The notes under the pieces were generated by a model, which saw only the letters and a list, made by a program, of their open reading frames with translations, did not search any database and was not told the origin of the DNA. A stretch of DNA of 64,000 nucleotides from Candidatus Pacebacteria bacterium CG2_30_36_39 (lineage in GTDB: Bacteria; Patescibacteriota; Microgenomatia; UBA1400; PJMF01), in the NCBI GenBank assembly GCA_001873435.1, contig MNZB01000004.1, forward strand, positions 78,030 through 142,029. The letters are read 5' to 3'. The translations under genes and the position numbers were made by a program. Shown one piece after another: positions 39,763 to 49,808 of the stretch (its first letter is position 1; each line of letters opens with the position of its first letter).

Positions 39763-40038
39763 ATGACCAAATCACAACTAATCACAATAATCGCAAAAAA
39801 AGCTCATCTAACAAAAAAAGCTTCGGAAGAAGCTGTTGAAACAGTGTTTGCTGAAATCATTCGTACTTTGAAAAAAGGCGACAAAGCAGTACTCTCTGGT
39901 TTTGGAACTTTCTATGTTAGTAAAGTTGGCGATAAACATGTTGAGCCATTCGGTAAGAAAGACAAACGCATGGTAGTTAAAGGCCACAGAGTGGTCAATT
40001 TCCGTGTTGGAAAACCTCTTAAAAGAGAAGTCTGGTAA
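39763..40038 (+). CDS. hup: HU family DNA-binding protein
   Basis: MTKSQLI...GFGTF...FRVGKPLK; upstream TTGACT...TAAACT promoter-like motif. Confidence 0.9.
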   Translation: MTKSQLITIIAKKAHLTKKASEEAVETVFAEIIRTLKKGDKAVLSGFGTFYVSKVGDKHVEPFGKKDKRMVVKGHRVVNFRVGKPLKREVW

Positions 40039-40058
40039 TCAACAAAAATAAGAAAAAT

Positions 40059-40084
40059 AAAAGGGGCTGAAAGGCCCCTTTTTT
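40059..40084. terminator. bidirectional intrinsic terminator
   Basis: AAAAGGGGC-TGAAAG-GCCCCTTTTTT between convergent genes. Confidence 0.85.
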
Positions 40085-40101
40085 AGTTATACAAACAAAA
40101 T

Positions 40102-40740
40102 CTAATAATCATCTTCACTTAACTCAGCATAATCAATTCCATATTTACCACCATTAACATCTGATAGTTGTTTATGAACATCGGCATATTTGGTTTCTAA
40201 ATCATTCCAGTTAATAAAACAATTAATTACCTGATAACCTCTTGTATTGTATCCACTAGGAACAACAAAGTTATCCCAAATATCATCTGCCATACCATCT
40301 AAGTCATAGATATCTTCACTATCAATTGCAATTGAAGTTTCAGCGACCATAAGCAGTTTCTTGTTTATTGGATTCCAAACAATAAAACAATCTGCTCCAG
40401 AGTTTGAAGCGTCAGGATATTCTAGAATTGGCAAATTTGCTTCCCAAGGTTGTTCTGCCATCTCTGGATCAATCCCAGTTAACTCAAATCCTTCTTTAGC
40501 TTTTCTAATTTTCCCATCTGCTTCGAGTTGACGAAGAATTTTAAATAAATCCCTAAATTTTTCTTCACTAATATTTGGTAATTTTAAAGCTTCTTCAATA
40601 GCAGTGTAATTCATTATGCCACCAACACCCACATATTTAATCAATACATCCATAACCATATCTGGAGTTAAACTAATTTCCTCTGGCTTGCTCTCCGCTT
40701 TATTTTTATCTGAATGATCTTTAACTAATGTTTCTTGCAT
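40102..40740 (-). CDS. acidic hypothetical protein, possible N-terminal winged helix
   Basis: 212-aa ORF; LRQLEADGKIRK resembles a wHTH wing. Confidence 0.65.
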   Translation of the reverse strand: MQETLVKDHSDKNKAESKPEEISLTPDMVMDVLIKYVGVGGIMNYTAIEEALKLPNISEEKFRDLFKILRQLEADGKIRKAKEGFELTGIDPEMAEQPWEANLPILEYPDASNSGADCFIVWNPINKKLLMVAETSIAIDSEDIYDLDGMADDIWDNFVVPSGYNTRGYQVINCFINWNDLETKYADVHKQLSDVNGGKYGIDYAELSEDDY

Positions 40741-40757
40741 TAAACATATTTATACCA

Positions 40758-40789
40758 CAAAAAATCCCCCGCGTTTCCTTGGGGGATTT
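40758..40789 (-). terminator. intrinsic terminator after rpsI
   Basis: AAATCCCCC/GGGGGATTT stem with a T run on the minus strand. Confidence 0.8.
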
Positions 40790-40812
40790 CCATTTTTCTG
40801 TATATAAAAAGC

Positions 40813-41328
40813 TTAACGCTTTGGAGATTGTCGTTTGCGACGGGCTTTGCCACCCATACCAATTTTACGAGTCTCTTTCATACGATCATTGCGAGTCATG
40901 AACCCAACAGCCTTTAAGAAAATCTTGAATTCTGGATTATATTCAACTAAGGCGCGTGAAAGACCATGAATTAAAGCTTCAATTTGAGCATTAATGCCAG
41001 ATCCCTTAACGGTTGCGGAAACTGCAAATTTACCTTTGGTGCCAGTTAATTCGAATGGCTTGGTATATAAAGCTTGAGCATTGTTGATGCCATGAAAATA
41101 TTCACCAGCGACCATGTTATTAACAACAAAATCACCACTACCCTCATAGATTCTGACACGAGCAGTAGCGACCTTGCGGCGACCAACAGCTTCGATATAA
41201 GAAGTCTTTGGGAAAGTGAATTCTCTGTGAATAGCTTTAGTAGAGCTAGAACGAGTTTGAGTAGTTATTTCTTTTTTAACTACTTTTTTAACTGTGCTCT
41301 TAGCTTTTTTGCGCATCTTAATAGCCAT
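40813..41328 (-). CDS. rpsI: 30S ribosomal protein S9
   Basis: AVGRRKVATARV, ARRKRQSPKR; basic N-terminal extension. Confidence 0.95.
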   Translation of the reverse strand: MAIKMRKKAKSTVKKVVKKEITTQTRSSSTKAIHREFTFPKTSYIEAVGRRKVATARVRIYEGSGDFVVNNMVAGEYFHGINNAQALYTKPFELTGTKGKFAVSATVKGSGINAQIEALIHGLSRALVEYNPEFKIFLKAVGFMTRNDRMKETRKIGMGGKARRKRQSPKR

Positions 41329-41329
41329 A

Positions 41330-41758
41330 TTATTTGCCTCCCAATTGACTTGCGTGTTTGTGTTCAGCGCCTTCGTAAATCTTTAAACGAGCCATGCGCT
41401 CACCTTGTAAACGATTTTTTGGCAACATATTTTTTACTGCCAAACGAATCACTTCTTCAGGATTTTTTTGAATCATTTCTTCAAAAGTTCTTTGTTTTAA
41501 GCCACCTGGAAAACCAGTGTGTCTGTAGTAAATCTTTTTTAATTCCTTACCACGAGTAACAGCAACTTCTCTAGCATTAATAACTACTACGAAATCACCA
41601 GCATCAGTGTGAGGAGTATAGGTTGGCTTATTTTTACCAATTAGCATTACTGCAATTTCGGTAGCAATACGACCCAAAACCTTATCTTTAACATCAACTA
41701 AATGCCACTCTCTAGTGACATCTTCTTTGCGTTGCATAAATGTAGTCTGTGTTTTCAT
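41330..41758 (-). CDS. rplM: 50S ribosomal protein L13
   Basis: LGRIAT, KPTYTPHTDAGD, HTGFPGGLK. Confidence 0.97.
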   Translation of the reverse strand: MKTQTTFMQRKEDVTREWHLVDVKDKVLGRIATEIAVMLIGKNKPTYTPHTDAGDFVVVINAREVAVTRGKELKKIYYRHTGFPGGLKQRTFEEMIQKNPEEVIRLAVKNMLPKNRLQGERMARLKIYEGAEHKHASQLGGK

Positions 41759-41759
41759 G

Positions 41760-42224
41760 TTATTCTGCCTTCTTCACTGTTTTTTTTGCAGCTGGTTTCT
41801 TAGCAACTTTAACTTCTTTTTTCTCGGTTTTCTCAGCTTTTGGAGCTTTTAAACCAACTTTTTTAGCAGTTGCTTCAACTAAGCTTAGTTTTACTACATC
41901 AGCGTTATCGCCACGACGAGTACCTAGTTTTTCAATAGAACTAAAGCCAGAAATTCTGTCTTTCATAGCTGGAGCTATGCGTTCAACTAAAGTATTTACG
42001 ACATCTCTCTTACCAAAGAAAGTATGTAATAAGCGACGGGTTGCCAAAGAATCAGTTTTTGCTTTGCCGATAAGTTTATCAGCCCAACGTTTAGTTTCTT
42101 TAGCTTTAGCTTCTGAAGTCACAATTTCACCCTGCTCGATTAAAGCACGAACTAAATTGCGCAAAAGAGCCTTGCGATGCTTGGTATCTCTACCCAATTG
42201 TTTTGTTTTCTGTCTATGTCTCAT
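41760..42224 (-). CDS. rplQ: 50S ribosomal protein L17
   Basis: MRHR...LGR..HRKALLRNL, RRGDNA. Confidence 0.96.
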   Translation of the reverse strand: MRHRQKTKQLGRDTKHRKALLRNLVRALIEQGEIVTSEAKAKETKRWADKLIGKAKTDSLATRRLLHTFFGKRDVVNTLVERIAPAMKDRISGFSSIEKLGTRRGDNADVVKLSLVEATAKKVGLKAPKAEKTEKKEVKVAKKPAAKKTVKKAE

Positions 42225-42248
42225 GGCTTAGTACCTTTTGTCTGTAAA

Positions 42249-43163
42249 TTAATCTTCCAAACTCACGCCTTTTTTCAAAAGAGCGTCATTGATCAAATCA
42301 ATACTCTTACCGCCCAAATTCTTGACTTTGGAAACCACGGATTTTGAAGCACCGGATAGGTCACCAACAGTCTTGAAACCACCCTTGCGTAAAGCATTAG
42401 CGATACGGGTAGGCAAATCAAGTTCTTCAACAGTCAAGCGCAATGTCTCGGCTTCTTCAGGAGAGAGTTGAGGCTCTTCTTCTTTAACCTCGATCACTGT
42501 GGGGTTGAAAACTTGAGTAAATTGTTTGGCTAAAATATTTGCAGAAGCTTTGACTGCTTCAAGAGGAGAGATGGTGCCATCAGTTTGAACATCCATAACT
42601 ACTCTATCGAAGTCAGTACGACGACCAACACGGGTAGATTCTACTTTGTAAGAAACTTTGGTTACTGGTGAAAAAAGTGCATCAACAGCAATTTGACCAA
42701 TTACGCCAGTTTCCATTTCGGTGGCCATACGATAACCAGTGCCAGTCTCAACAGTCATTTCGACTTCAAGCTTCTTGCCTTTAGCAATGGTAGCGATAAC
42801 CTGTTCTGGATTTACAATTTCAAAACCAGCTTCAACTTCAATGTCGGCTGCAGTTACTTCTTTTGGACCTTTAGCATTAATGCGTAAAACGCCAGAACCG
42901 TCATGGTCAGCTTTTACACGAACTAATTTGAGATTCAAAATTAATTCAATAATATCTTCGCTCAAACCTTCTAAAGTAGCAAATTGATGATCAACACCAT
43001 CAATCATTACGGAAGTAATAGCTGCTCCTGGCAAAGAAGCCAAAAGCACTCTACGTAAAGCATTACCTAAAGTGTGGCCATAGCCTTGCTCTAAAGGTTC
43101 GATTACCAAGCGAGCTTGGGAATCGGTAGCTTCAACCTCACTAACTGTGAAGGATGGGTTCAT
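42249..43163 (-). CDS. rpoA: RNA polymerase alpha subunit
   Basis: EPLEQGYGHTLGNALRRVLL, DALFSPV, alpha-CTD; start ATG 43163. Confidence 0.97.
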   Translation of the reverse strand: MNPSFTVSEVEATDSQARLVIEPLEQGYGHTLGNALRRVLLASLPGAAITSVMIDGVDHQFATLEGLSEDIIELILNLKLVRVKADHDGSGVLRINAKGPKEVTAADIEVEAGFEIVNPEQVIATIAKGKKLEVEMTVETGTGYRMATEMETGVIGQIAVDALFSPVTKVSYKVESTRVGRRTDFDRVVMDVQTDGTISPLEAVKASANILAKQFTQVFNPTVIEVKEEEPQLSPEEAETLRLTVEELDLPTRIANALRKGGFKTVGDLSGASKSVVSKVKNLGGKSIDLINDALLKKGVSLED

Positions 43164-43290
43164 GTATGCGTATTTATTTAAATCAAGTTTCATAGAGTCT
43201 CCTTTTTGTTTCTTCTCCCCTTTTTTTTATCGGGAATCTGTTTTCAAGTTCTCTTATTTTTACTACTTTTTTATACTCTTACTAATTTCC

Positions 43291-43896
43291 TTAACGACTA
43301 TAGAACTCAACAATCAATTGTTCTTGAATGTTTTCAACGATATCTTCACGTTCTGGAAGACGTTGTACTTTTGCTATAGTAGCTTTCTTTTCCAACCAAG
43401 CTGGTGGTACTGCAGAATCTTCTTTTAGAAGTTCAGCAACCATAGGCACCTTGGATGATTTGTCATTGAGTTTGATTACATCACCAACTTTTACTGAATA
43501 AGAAGGAATATTCATTTTCTTATTATTCACTGTAAAATGACTGTGATTTACTAATTGACGAGCAGCTGGTCTGGTTGGAGCCCAACCCAAACGGTAAACC
43601 ACGTTATCAAGTCTTCTCTCTAATAAGCCCAAAAGCACAGTACCAGTAGCGAGAGGATTTTTACTAGCCTCACTATAAATACGGTGAAGTTGTTTTTCCA
43701 ACACACCATACATGTACTTAACTTTTTGCTTCTCACGAAGTTGGGTGCCGTAATCAGATACTTTGCGACGTCTTAAGCCGTGTTGGCCTGGTCTAGTATG
43801 GATACGACGAGCAACTTTTAAAGAGTTAGATTTTAAACCTAAATCTTCACCAATTTGTCTCTGTAATCTTTGTTTTGGTCCTGTATATCTTGCCAT
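43291..43896 (-). CDS. rpsD: 30S ribosomal protein S4
   Basis: MARYTGP, LERRLDNVVYR, LIVEFYSR. Confidence 0.97.
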   Translation of the reverse strand: MARYTGPKQRLQRQIGEDLGLKSNSLKVARRIHTRPGQHGLRRRKVSDYGTQLREKQKVKYMYGVLEKQLHRIYSEASKNPLATGTVLLGLLERRLDNVVYRLGWAPTRPAARQLVNHSHFTVNNKKMNIPSYSVKVGDVIKLNDKSSKVPMVAELLKEDSAVPPAWLEKKATIAKVQRLPEREDIVENIQEQLIVEFYSR

Positions 43897-43907
43897 ATAT
43901 CAATCCT

Positions 43908-44300
43908 CTATCTATTGTGTTTTGCTTTTCTAGGACGAGTTCCATTGTGTGGAACGGGTGTAGTGTCGGCAATCATGCTAACTCTAATGCCCTGAGCTCT
44001 TAATACACGAAGTGCGACGTCTCTGCCTGGTCCTGGACCTTTAAGATAGACATCCATTTCATTCATACCAAAAACTTTTGCACGATTTACAGCATTTTCA
44101 ACTGTAATAGTTGCTGCATAAGGGGTAGATTTACGAGAACCAGTAAAACCAGCTCCGCCAGTACTTGCCCAACATAAGACAGCACCTTTGTCATCAGTAA
44201 TACTAACTAAAGTGTTATTAAAAGTAGCACTAACGTACAAACGACCTTTAGGCACTACTCTTTGATTTTTTTTGGTTGTTTTAGTTTTTTCCTGTACCAT
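43908..44300 (-). CDS. rpsK: 30S ribosomal protein S11
   Basis: ATFNNT, RKSTPYAA, TPVPHNG. Confidence 0.97.
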   Translation of the reverse strand: MVQEKTKTTKKNQRVVPKGRLYVSATFNNTLVSITDDKGAVLCWASTGGAGFTGSRKSTPYAATITVENAVNRAKVFGMNEMDVYLKGPGPGRDVALRVLRAQGIRVSMIADTTPVPHNGTRPRKAKHNR

Positions 44301-44311
44301 ATATCTTCCTG

Positions 44312-44716
44312 TTATTTAGTTGTAGCTGCTTCTGCTTTAGCTGCAGCTTCCTTAGAAATAGAGCCAACAGTCTTGCGACCACCACCACGTGCTGTACGAG
44401 AGTTCACTTTAGTTCTTTGTCCACGAACTGGAAGACCCATGGAGTGACGTAAGCCGCGATATGCTTTAATACGTTTTAAACGGTTAATATTATCACTAAT
44501 CATTCTACGCAAATCACCTTCTAGAGGGTATTTTTCTAAAATGCGTTGAATTCTATTAACTTCATCTGAGGTGAGATCGCGAGCGCGAGTCTCTGGGTTG
44601 ATTTTAGCTTGAGCTACTACATCTTCAGCAATTTTTTGACCGACGCCAAAAACTGAACGTAGTGAGTAAACTACTTTTTTATATTCTGGGATGTCTGTAC
44701 CGGCAATACGAGGCAT
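44312..44716 (-). CDS. rpsM: 30S ribosomal protein S13
   Basis: RIAG, YRGLRH..GLPVRGQRT. Confidence 0.97.
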   Translation of the reverse strand: MPRIAGTDIPEYKKVVYSLRSVFGVGQKIAEDVVAQAKINPETRARDLTSDEVNRIQRILEKYPLEGDLRRMISDNINRLKRIKAYRGLRHSMGLPVRGQRTKVNSRTARGGGRKTVGSISKEAAAKAEAATTK

Positions 44717-44727
44717 ATTTTTTATCC

Positions 44728-44841
44728 TTATCCTTGACGTTGTTTATGTTTCTTATTAACACAAATAACACGTAAAGTTCCTTTACGTCTTACAAATTTG
44801 CACTGTTTACACATCTTCTTAAGCGAAGCTCTGACTTTCAT
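44728..44841 (-). CDS. rpmJ: 50S ribosomal protein L36
   Basis: translated by hand: [37 protein letters not shown] (below the ORF-track cutoff). Confidence 0.95.
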   Translation of the reverse strand: MKVRASLKKMCKQCKFVRRKGTLRVICVNKKHKQRQG

Positions 44842-44861
44842 AATAAGTCCTGGGTTGTTTC

Positions 44862-45194
44862 TTATGTACTATGTACCGGTCTATTATTATTTACCCGATA
44901 CGTAACTTTACACTTTGTTACATCATACTTGGATACGTAGCCTTTAACCACATCTCCAGGCATGACTCGAATGCGATAGAGGCGCATCTTGCCGGCTAAA
45001 GTGCCAAGTAGCACTCTGTCCATCATTTGCTCAACTTCACATTCTGTCACCTTGACACGAAACATCGTGTTAGGTAAACATTCTGTCACTTCTCCAACTA
45101 TTTCTATCCGATCAACTTGTTCCGCCTTTGCAGCTGTAGTGTCCAGTTGTCTGCGTCCCTTAGCTGCTCGTTTATGATCTTGTACTTTTCCCAT
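44862..45194 (-). CDS. infA: translation initiation factor IF-1, extended
   Basis: [29 protein letters not shown]; between adk and rpmJ. Confidence 0.9.
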   Translation of the reverse strand: MGKVQDHKRAAKGRRQLDTTAAKAEQVDRIEIVGEVTECLPNTMFRVKVTECEVEQMMDRVLLGTLAGKMRLYRIRVMPGDVVKGYVSKYDVTKCKVTYRVNNNRPVHST

Positions 45195-45254
45195 AGATAT
45201 CAATAATGACGCCTGATTATACCAAACGTAATCATTTTTGTCACAGAGGAAAAA

Positions 45255-45797
45255 TTACTGTCTTGCTTCAATTGCTTTTGTAATGTCTGCGAAGACTTCT
45301 TCCACGGTTTGCTCACCGTCTATCTTGATTAATTTTCCCACTTTTTCGTAATATTTTAATACATCAGATGTAACTTCATGAAAAAGTTCAATTCTCTTTC
45401 TTAAAGCCTGAAGAGTCTCATCTTCACGATCTGAAACACGTCCTGAAATTCTCCAAAGCGCTTCCTTGTCAGAAACATCAATTAAAACCACCATATCAAC
45501 TTCATCTCCTAGTACCTCTGCCTGAGCTTCAGTGCGAGGAAAACCGTCCATAATATAGCCTTTGCTATATTCTGGTCTATGGAGATACTCCATAACGATT
45601 TCAACTGCTGTTGCATCTGGAACTAGAGCTCCAGAATTTAAAGTTTCTTTTAACCAACGACCTAATCTAGTTTTACTTTTAGACATTTGACGGAAAATAT
45701 GACCAGAAGAAAGATAGGGTACTCCAAATTTCTCTGACATCATATTACCCTGGGTTGATTTTCCAGCCCCTTGAATACCAACTAAGACGATTTTCAC
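45255..45797 (-). CDS. adk: adenylate kinase, short LID type
   Basis: GIQGAGKSTQ, SSGHIFR, DGFPR; GTG start. Confidence 0.92.
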   Translation of the reverse strand: MKIVLVGIQGAGKSTQGNMMSEKFGVPYLSSGHIFRQMSKSKTRLGRWLKETLNSGALVPDATAVEIVMEYLHRPEYSKGYIMDGFPRTEAQAEVLGDEVDMVVLIDVSDKEALWRISGRVSDREDETLQALRKRIELFHEVTSDVLKYYEKVGKLIKIDGEQTVEEVFADITKAIEARQ

Positions 45798-45817
45798 GTT
45801 TAACTCCCCTTTATTAG

Positions 45818-47107
45818 TTATTGATACTTGTCGTAATCCTGTCCGACTAACATGCTTTCTGCTTGTTTAGTTGTCTCTAAAATTACAGAAACAACGATTA
45901 ACACACTAGTTCCACCAATTGCCAAAGACTGCACTCCAGTCAACATTTGAGCGATGGATGGCAATAAAGCCAAAATACCTAAAAATACTGCACCAACCAA
46001 AGTAATACGAACCACAACATACTCCAAAAACTTCTTTGTTGGACCGCCTGGTCTAATACCAGGAACAAAAGCTCCACTCTTCTTTAGCTCATCAGAAATA
46101 TCTTGAGCATTAAAAAAGATTAGAGCAGAAAAAAAGGTAAAACTGAAAACTAACAAGAAATACGAAATCAAATATATGGGTGAAGTTTCCTGGAACCAAC
46201 GAGTTAGGTTTTGACCCCAAGCCACAAACTGTAAATTACCAGAAGAAGTTAAAACTTTACCAATAAAAGAAGGTGCCATCATTAGAGACACGGCAAAGAT
46301 AATTGGCATAACACCAGCTACATTTACTTTAATTGGTAAATGAGTTGTTTGGCCACCATAGGTCTTTCCACCCCTAGTTCTTTTGGCATATTGAATATTA
46401 ACTTTACGTACTGCTTCATTGATATAAACAATCATGGCAATTAAAGCTACAAACATTAAAACAAATACAATCAAAGTCATAGCTTCTGTTGAAGTAACTA
46501 CTGACAGTGTTTGTGAAACAGCTACTGGAATTTGACTAACGATACCAGCAAAAAGAACCATAGAAATTCCATTGCCTAATCCATATTCAGAGACTAATTC
46601 TCCCAACCACAACATAATCATTGCTCCAGCTACCATTGTTAAAACCATGGCTATTAATACTGTTGGAGTAGCGGCTGTTAATAGATTTTGAGATCTCAAT
46701 AAAGCAATGACGGAAATACTTTGCACTAAAGCAAAGGGAACACTTAAAAGACGGGTGTATTGGTTAATTTTTGCTCTTCCTGCTTCACCATCTTCTTTTT
46801 GCATTTCTTTGAGCTTGGGAAAAACCATTCCAGCCAACTGCATAATAATAGAGGCAGTAATGTATGGATTAATACCAACGGCTACTATGGAAAATCTAGA
46901 CAAAGTACCACCAGCAAAAATATTTAGTAAACTCAAAAACTGATTACCAGCAAAAAGCTGTTGCAATTGAGCTACATTAACACCTGGCACTGGGATATGA
47001 GCAAAGAGACGAAAGATTAGAAAAATTGTTGCAGTGAAGATAAGCTTCTTTTTGAGCTCTTCGTTGGCGAAAATAGCTCGGATTTTTTGTATTGCTGTAT
47101 CTATCAC
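45818..47107 (-). CDS. secY: preprotein translocase SecY
   Basis: HIPVPG, GINPYITASII, GLGNGIS, PGIRPG, GGTSVLI. Confidence 0.97.
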   Translation of the reverse strand: MIDTAIQKIRAIFANEELKKKLIFTATIFLIFRLFAHIPVPGVNVAQLQQLFAGNQFLSLLNIFAGGTLSRFSIVAVGINPYITASIIMQLAGMVFPKLKEMQKEDGEAGRAKINQYTRLLSVPFALVQSISVIALLRSQNLLTAATPTVLIAMVLTMVAGAMIMLWLGELVSEYGLGNGISMVLFAGIVSQIPVAVSQTLSVVTSTEAMTLIVFVLMFVALIAMIVYINEAVRKVNIQYAKRTRGGKTYGGQTTHLPIKVNVAGVMPIIFAVSLMMAPSFIGKVLTSSGNLQFVAWGQNLTRWFQETSPIYLISYFLLVFSFTFFSALIFFNAQDISDELKKSGAFVPGIRPGGPTKKFLEYVVVRITLVGAVFLGILALLPSIAQMLTGVQSLAIGGTSVLIVVSVILETTKQAESMLVGQDYDKYQ

Positions 47108-47114
47108 AGATTTT

Positions 47115-47552
47115 TTATTCTACCGAACCACCCAGCTTTTGAATAGCTTCAACTGCTTGAGCTGAGGCTTTCACACCCTTGACTGAAAGTTTTTTAGTCA
47201 AAGTACCTGAGTTTACGATCTTGGCTTTTTTAAAGCCTTTTTCGATTACTTTATGAAGTTTTAATGTTTCCAAAGTAATTTCAGTAACTGGCATTTTCTC
47301 CAAATCAGTGAGGTTAATTTCAGCAGTTGGATTTAAAACACTGAAACGACCTTTACCACGAATCATTGGATATTTCTTCACACCTGGTAATTGTCCACCT
47401 TCAAACCAAAGAGGGATTTTGCTACCAACACGAGAAGTTTGGCCTTTTTGTCCTCTACTAGAAGTGTGTCCACCTTTACCAGAACCGTAACCACGACCCA
47501 ATCTCTTTTTAGAGCGAGCAGTTATTTTGGTTAGTGATTGTAACAATGACAT
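47115..47552 (-). CDS. rplO: 50S ribosomal protein L15
   Basis: RLGRGYGSGKG, FEGGQ. Confidence 0.96.
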   Translation of the reverse strand: MSLLQSLTKITARSKKRLGRGYGSGKGGHTSSRGQKGQTSRVGSKIPLWFEGGQLPGVKKYPMIRGKGRFSVLNPTAEINLTDLEKMPVTEITLETLKLHKVIEKGFKKAKIVNSGTLTKKLSVKGVKASAQAVEAIQKLGGSVE

Positions 47553-47568
47553 GATTTAATCCTTTTAA

Positions 47569-48261
47569 TTAAGCTTTTTTAACAGCTTTTTTGGCTGCTG
47601 GTTTACTTACAACTTTTTTAGGAGCAGCTTTAACCACGTTTTTTTCTTTATTATCTACTTTAGCAATAACTTTTTTAGCTTCCTTAGCATCTGCTATATT
47701 TGCAGTAGCTTTGGCTTTTTCTTGAAGTTCTTTGATTTTCTCTTTTTCTTCTTTTTCAATATCAATGATTGAACGAAGTGAGATGCCACGAATATCCACG
47801 ATCTGTTGAATTTTCTTTAAAGCTTCAAAGGCTGCGTAAACACTAGAAGCTTGATTATCACTGCCAAGAATCTTAGCAGAAATATCTCTAATACCTGCAA
47901 CTTCAACTAAAGCTCTAACTGGACCACCAGCGATTACACCAGTACCTTTTGGAGCTGGTTTTAGTAGTACACGACCAGCGCCTTTTTTGACTTCCATCTT
48001 AAAAGGAATAGTGGTGCCATCTAGAGGAACTAAGATCATTTTTTTCTTAGCTTTTTTAATGCCTTTTTTGATAGCAGCAACCACATCTGGAGCTTTACCA
48101 AGTCCAATACCGACCTTGCCTTTTTTATCACCAACCACCATTAAAATGGAAAAGCCCATTTTATTGCCACCTTTGGTTTTCTTTGAAACTCTAGAGATTT
48201 GAATAACTTTCTCTTCAAATTCTTTGGGTTCAGTTGGTTTGTTGTTGCGATGATCTGACAT
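47569..48261 (-). CDS. rpsE: 30S ribosomal protein S5 with long basic tail
   Basis: RVSKKTKGG, PAPKGTGVIAGG; start ATG 48261. Confidence 0.96.
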   Translation of the reverse strand: MSDHRNNKPTEPKEFEEKVIQISRVSKKTKGGNKMGFSILMVVGDKKGKVGIGLGKAPDVVAAIKKGIKKAKKKMILVPLDGTTIPFKMEVKKGAGRVLLKPAPKGTGVIAGGPVRALVEVAGIRDISAKILGSDNQASSVYAAFEALKKIQQIVDIRGISLRSIIDIEKEEKEKIKELQEKAKATANIADAKEAKKVIAKVDNKEKNVVKAAPKKVVSKPAAKKAVKKA

Positions 48262-48262
48262 A

Positions 48263-48619
48263 TTAAACGTTAATTCCTTCTGCACGAAGAGTTTCAGCAA
48301 CTGCTTTTACTCTTCCATGATATTTGTATGAGCCACGATCAAACATTATTTTTTCGATCTTAGCTTTTTTCAAAGCTTTTACTAATTCTTGAGTAACTTT
48401 TTGAGCACGCTCGGTTTTAGTGCCAGTTGGAGCTTTTTTGCCCATGTCACTAGCAGCTACTAGAGTTTTGCCAACTTCATCATTAATAACTTGTAAAGAA
48501 ATATGTTCGTTGGTACGTAATACAGACAAGCGAGGTCGCTCAGCAGTACCCACCATATGAGCACGTACTCTTATTTTTCTTTTTTCAATTTTAGATAAAT
48601 TGTGTTTAATTGTTGGCAT
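48263..48619 (-). CDS. rplR: 50S ribosomal protein L18
   Basis: RPRLSV, FDRGSYKYHGRV. Confidence 0.96.
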   Translation of the reverse strand: MPTIKHNLSKIEKRKIRVRAHMVGTAERPRLSVLRTNEHISLQVINDEVGKTLVAASDMGKKAPTGTKTERAQKVTQELVKALKKAKIEKIMFDRGSYKYHGRVKAVAETLRAEGINV

Positions 48620-48634
48620 AGGACCCTTTATTCA

Positions 48635-49174
48635 CTAAGCAGTGGCAGTCTTTCCTGGTTTGGTTTTAACCACTTCATTTTCGTAACGAATTCCCTTACC
48701 CTTGTAAGGTTCTGGAGAACGAATACCTCGAATATTAGCAGCTGTTTGGCCAACTAATACTTTGCTGATTCCTTCAATATTAATTGTATCTGTGCCTTCA
48801 ACTGAAAACTTAACGCCTTCAACTGGGGCAACATCAACTGGATGAGAATAACCAACGGTTATACTAATACCAGCACCTTTGGCAGTTGCTCTGTAACCAG
48901 TACCAACTAGCTTTAGGGTTTTCTTGAAACCTACAGAAACACCTTCAACAGCACCAGCTAATAAGCTACGAACTAATCCATGAAAAGCTCTGCTTTGACG
49001 CTCATCATTTTTGCGAGTAACTACTAAAGTGTTTTCTTCTTGAGCAACAGTGACCGCATCCATAACTGATATCACCAAGCTACCCTTAGGACCTTTGACA
49101 GTCACTTGAGTTTTTTCGATGACAGCGGTAACACCAGCTGGCAAAACAATAGGTTTTTTTCCGATTCTTGACAT
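48635..49174 (-). CDS. rplF: 50S ribosomal protein L6
   Basis: MSRIGKKP, PEPYKGKGIRY; start ATG 49174. Confidence 0.97.
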   Translation of the reverse strand: MSRIGKKPIVLPAGVTAVIEKTQVTVKGPKGSLVISVMDAVTVAQEENTLVVTRKNDERQSRAFHGLVRSLLAGAVEGVSVGFKKTLKLVGTGYRATAKGAGISITVGYSHPVDVAPVEGVKFSVEGTDTINIEGISKVLVGQTAANIRGIRSPEPYKGKGIRYENEVVKTKPGKTATA

Positions 49175-49184
49175 ACTTATACCT

Positions 49185-49574
49185 TTACCAAATTTGGCAA
49201 AGAAGTTCTCCACCAACATTTTGCTGGCGAGCTTCTTTGTCTGTTAAAAGACCTTTACTGGTTGAAACGATAGTAATACCGTAGCCATTGAGTGATGGGG
49301 GTACTTTATCGACTGAAGAATATAATCTTCTACCTGGTTTAGAAACACGTTTAATACCTGTGATTAAAGGTAGCTTACCCTTATATCCCAAAGTTAGAAC
49401 GAGTTCTGACTGAGGTTTTTTCTCAATTACTTCAAATTTTGCCATATATTTGTTATCAACTAAAATCTTAGCAATTGCCTCTTTCACTTTGGAATAAGGA
49501 AGCACCACTTCCTTGTGTTTAGCAAGGTGTGCGTTCTTGATTCTAGCTAACATGTCTGCGATTGGGTCTGTCAT
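49185..49574 (-). CDS. rpsH: 30S ribosomal protein S8
   Basis: DPIADML.RI.N, SKPGRR, STSKG. Confidence 0.97.
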   Translation of the reverse strand: MTDPIADMLARIKNAHLAKHKEVVLPYSKVKEAIAKILVDNKYMAKFEVIEKKPQSELVLTLGYKGKLPLITGIKRVSKPGRRLYSSVDKVPPSLNGYGITIVSTSKGLLTDKEARQQNVGGELLCQIW

Positions 49575-49575
49575 A

Positions 49576-49806
49576 TTATTTACTTGCCTTTACCACGCCT
49601 GGGAGTTCACCTTTAAGGGCTAACTCTCGAAAAGTAATTCTGCTTAAACCAAAATAACGCATATAACCCTGAGGACGTCCGGTGATTTTGCAACGGTTCT
49701 TACCTCTGGTTGAAACTTTATTTGGTTTCTTCTCTCCAGCTAACTGATATTTTTCGCGCAAAGCTAACATTTTTTTATCTTTGGCGATTTTGGATTTCTT
49801 AGCCAT
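49576..49806 (-). CDS. rpsN: 30S ribosomal protein S14, non-zinc type, 76 aa
   Basis: [26 protein letters not shown]. Confidence 0.95.
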   Translation of the reverse strand: MAKKSKIAKDKKMLALREKYQLAGEKKPNKVSTRGKNRCKITGRPQGYMRYFGLSRITFRELALKGELPGVVKASK

Positions 49807-49808
49807 AA

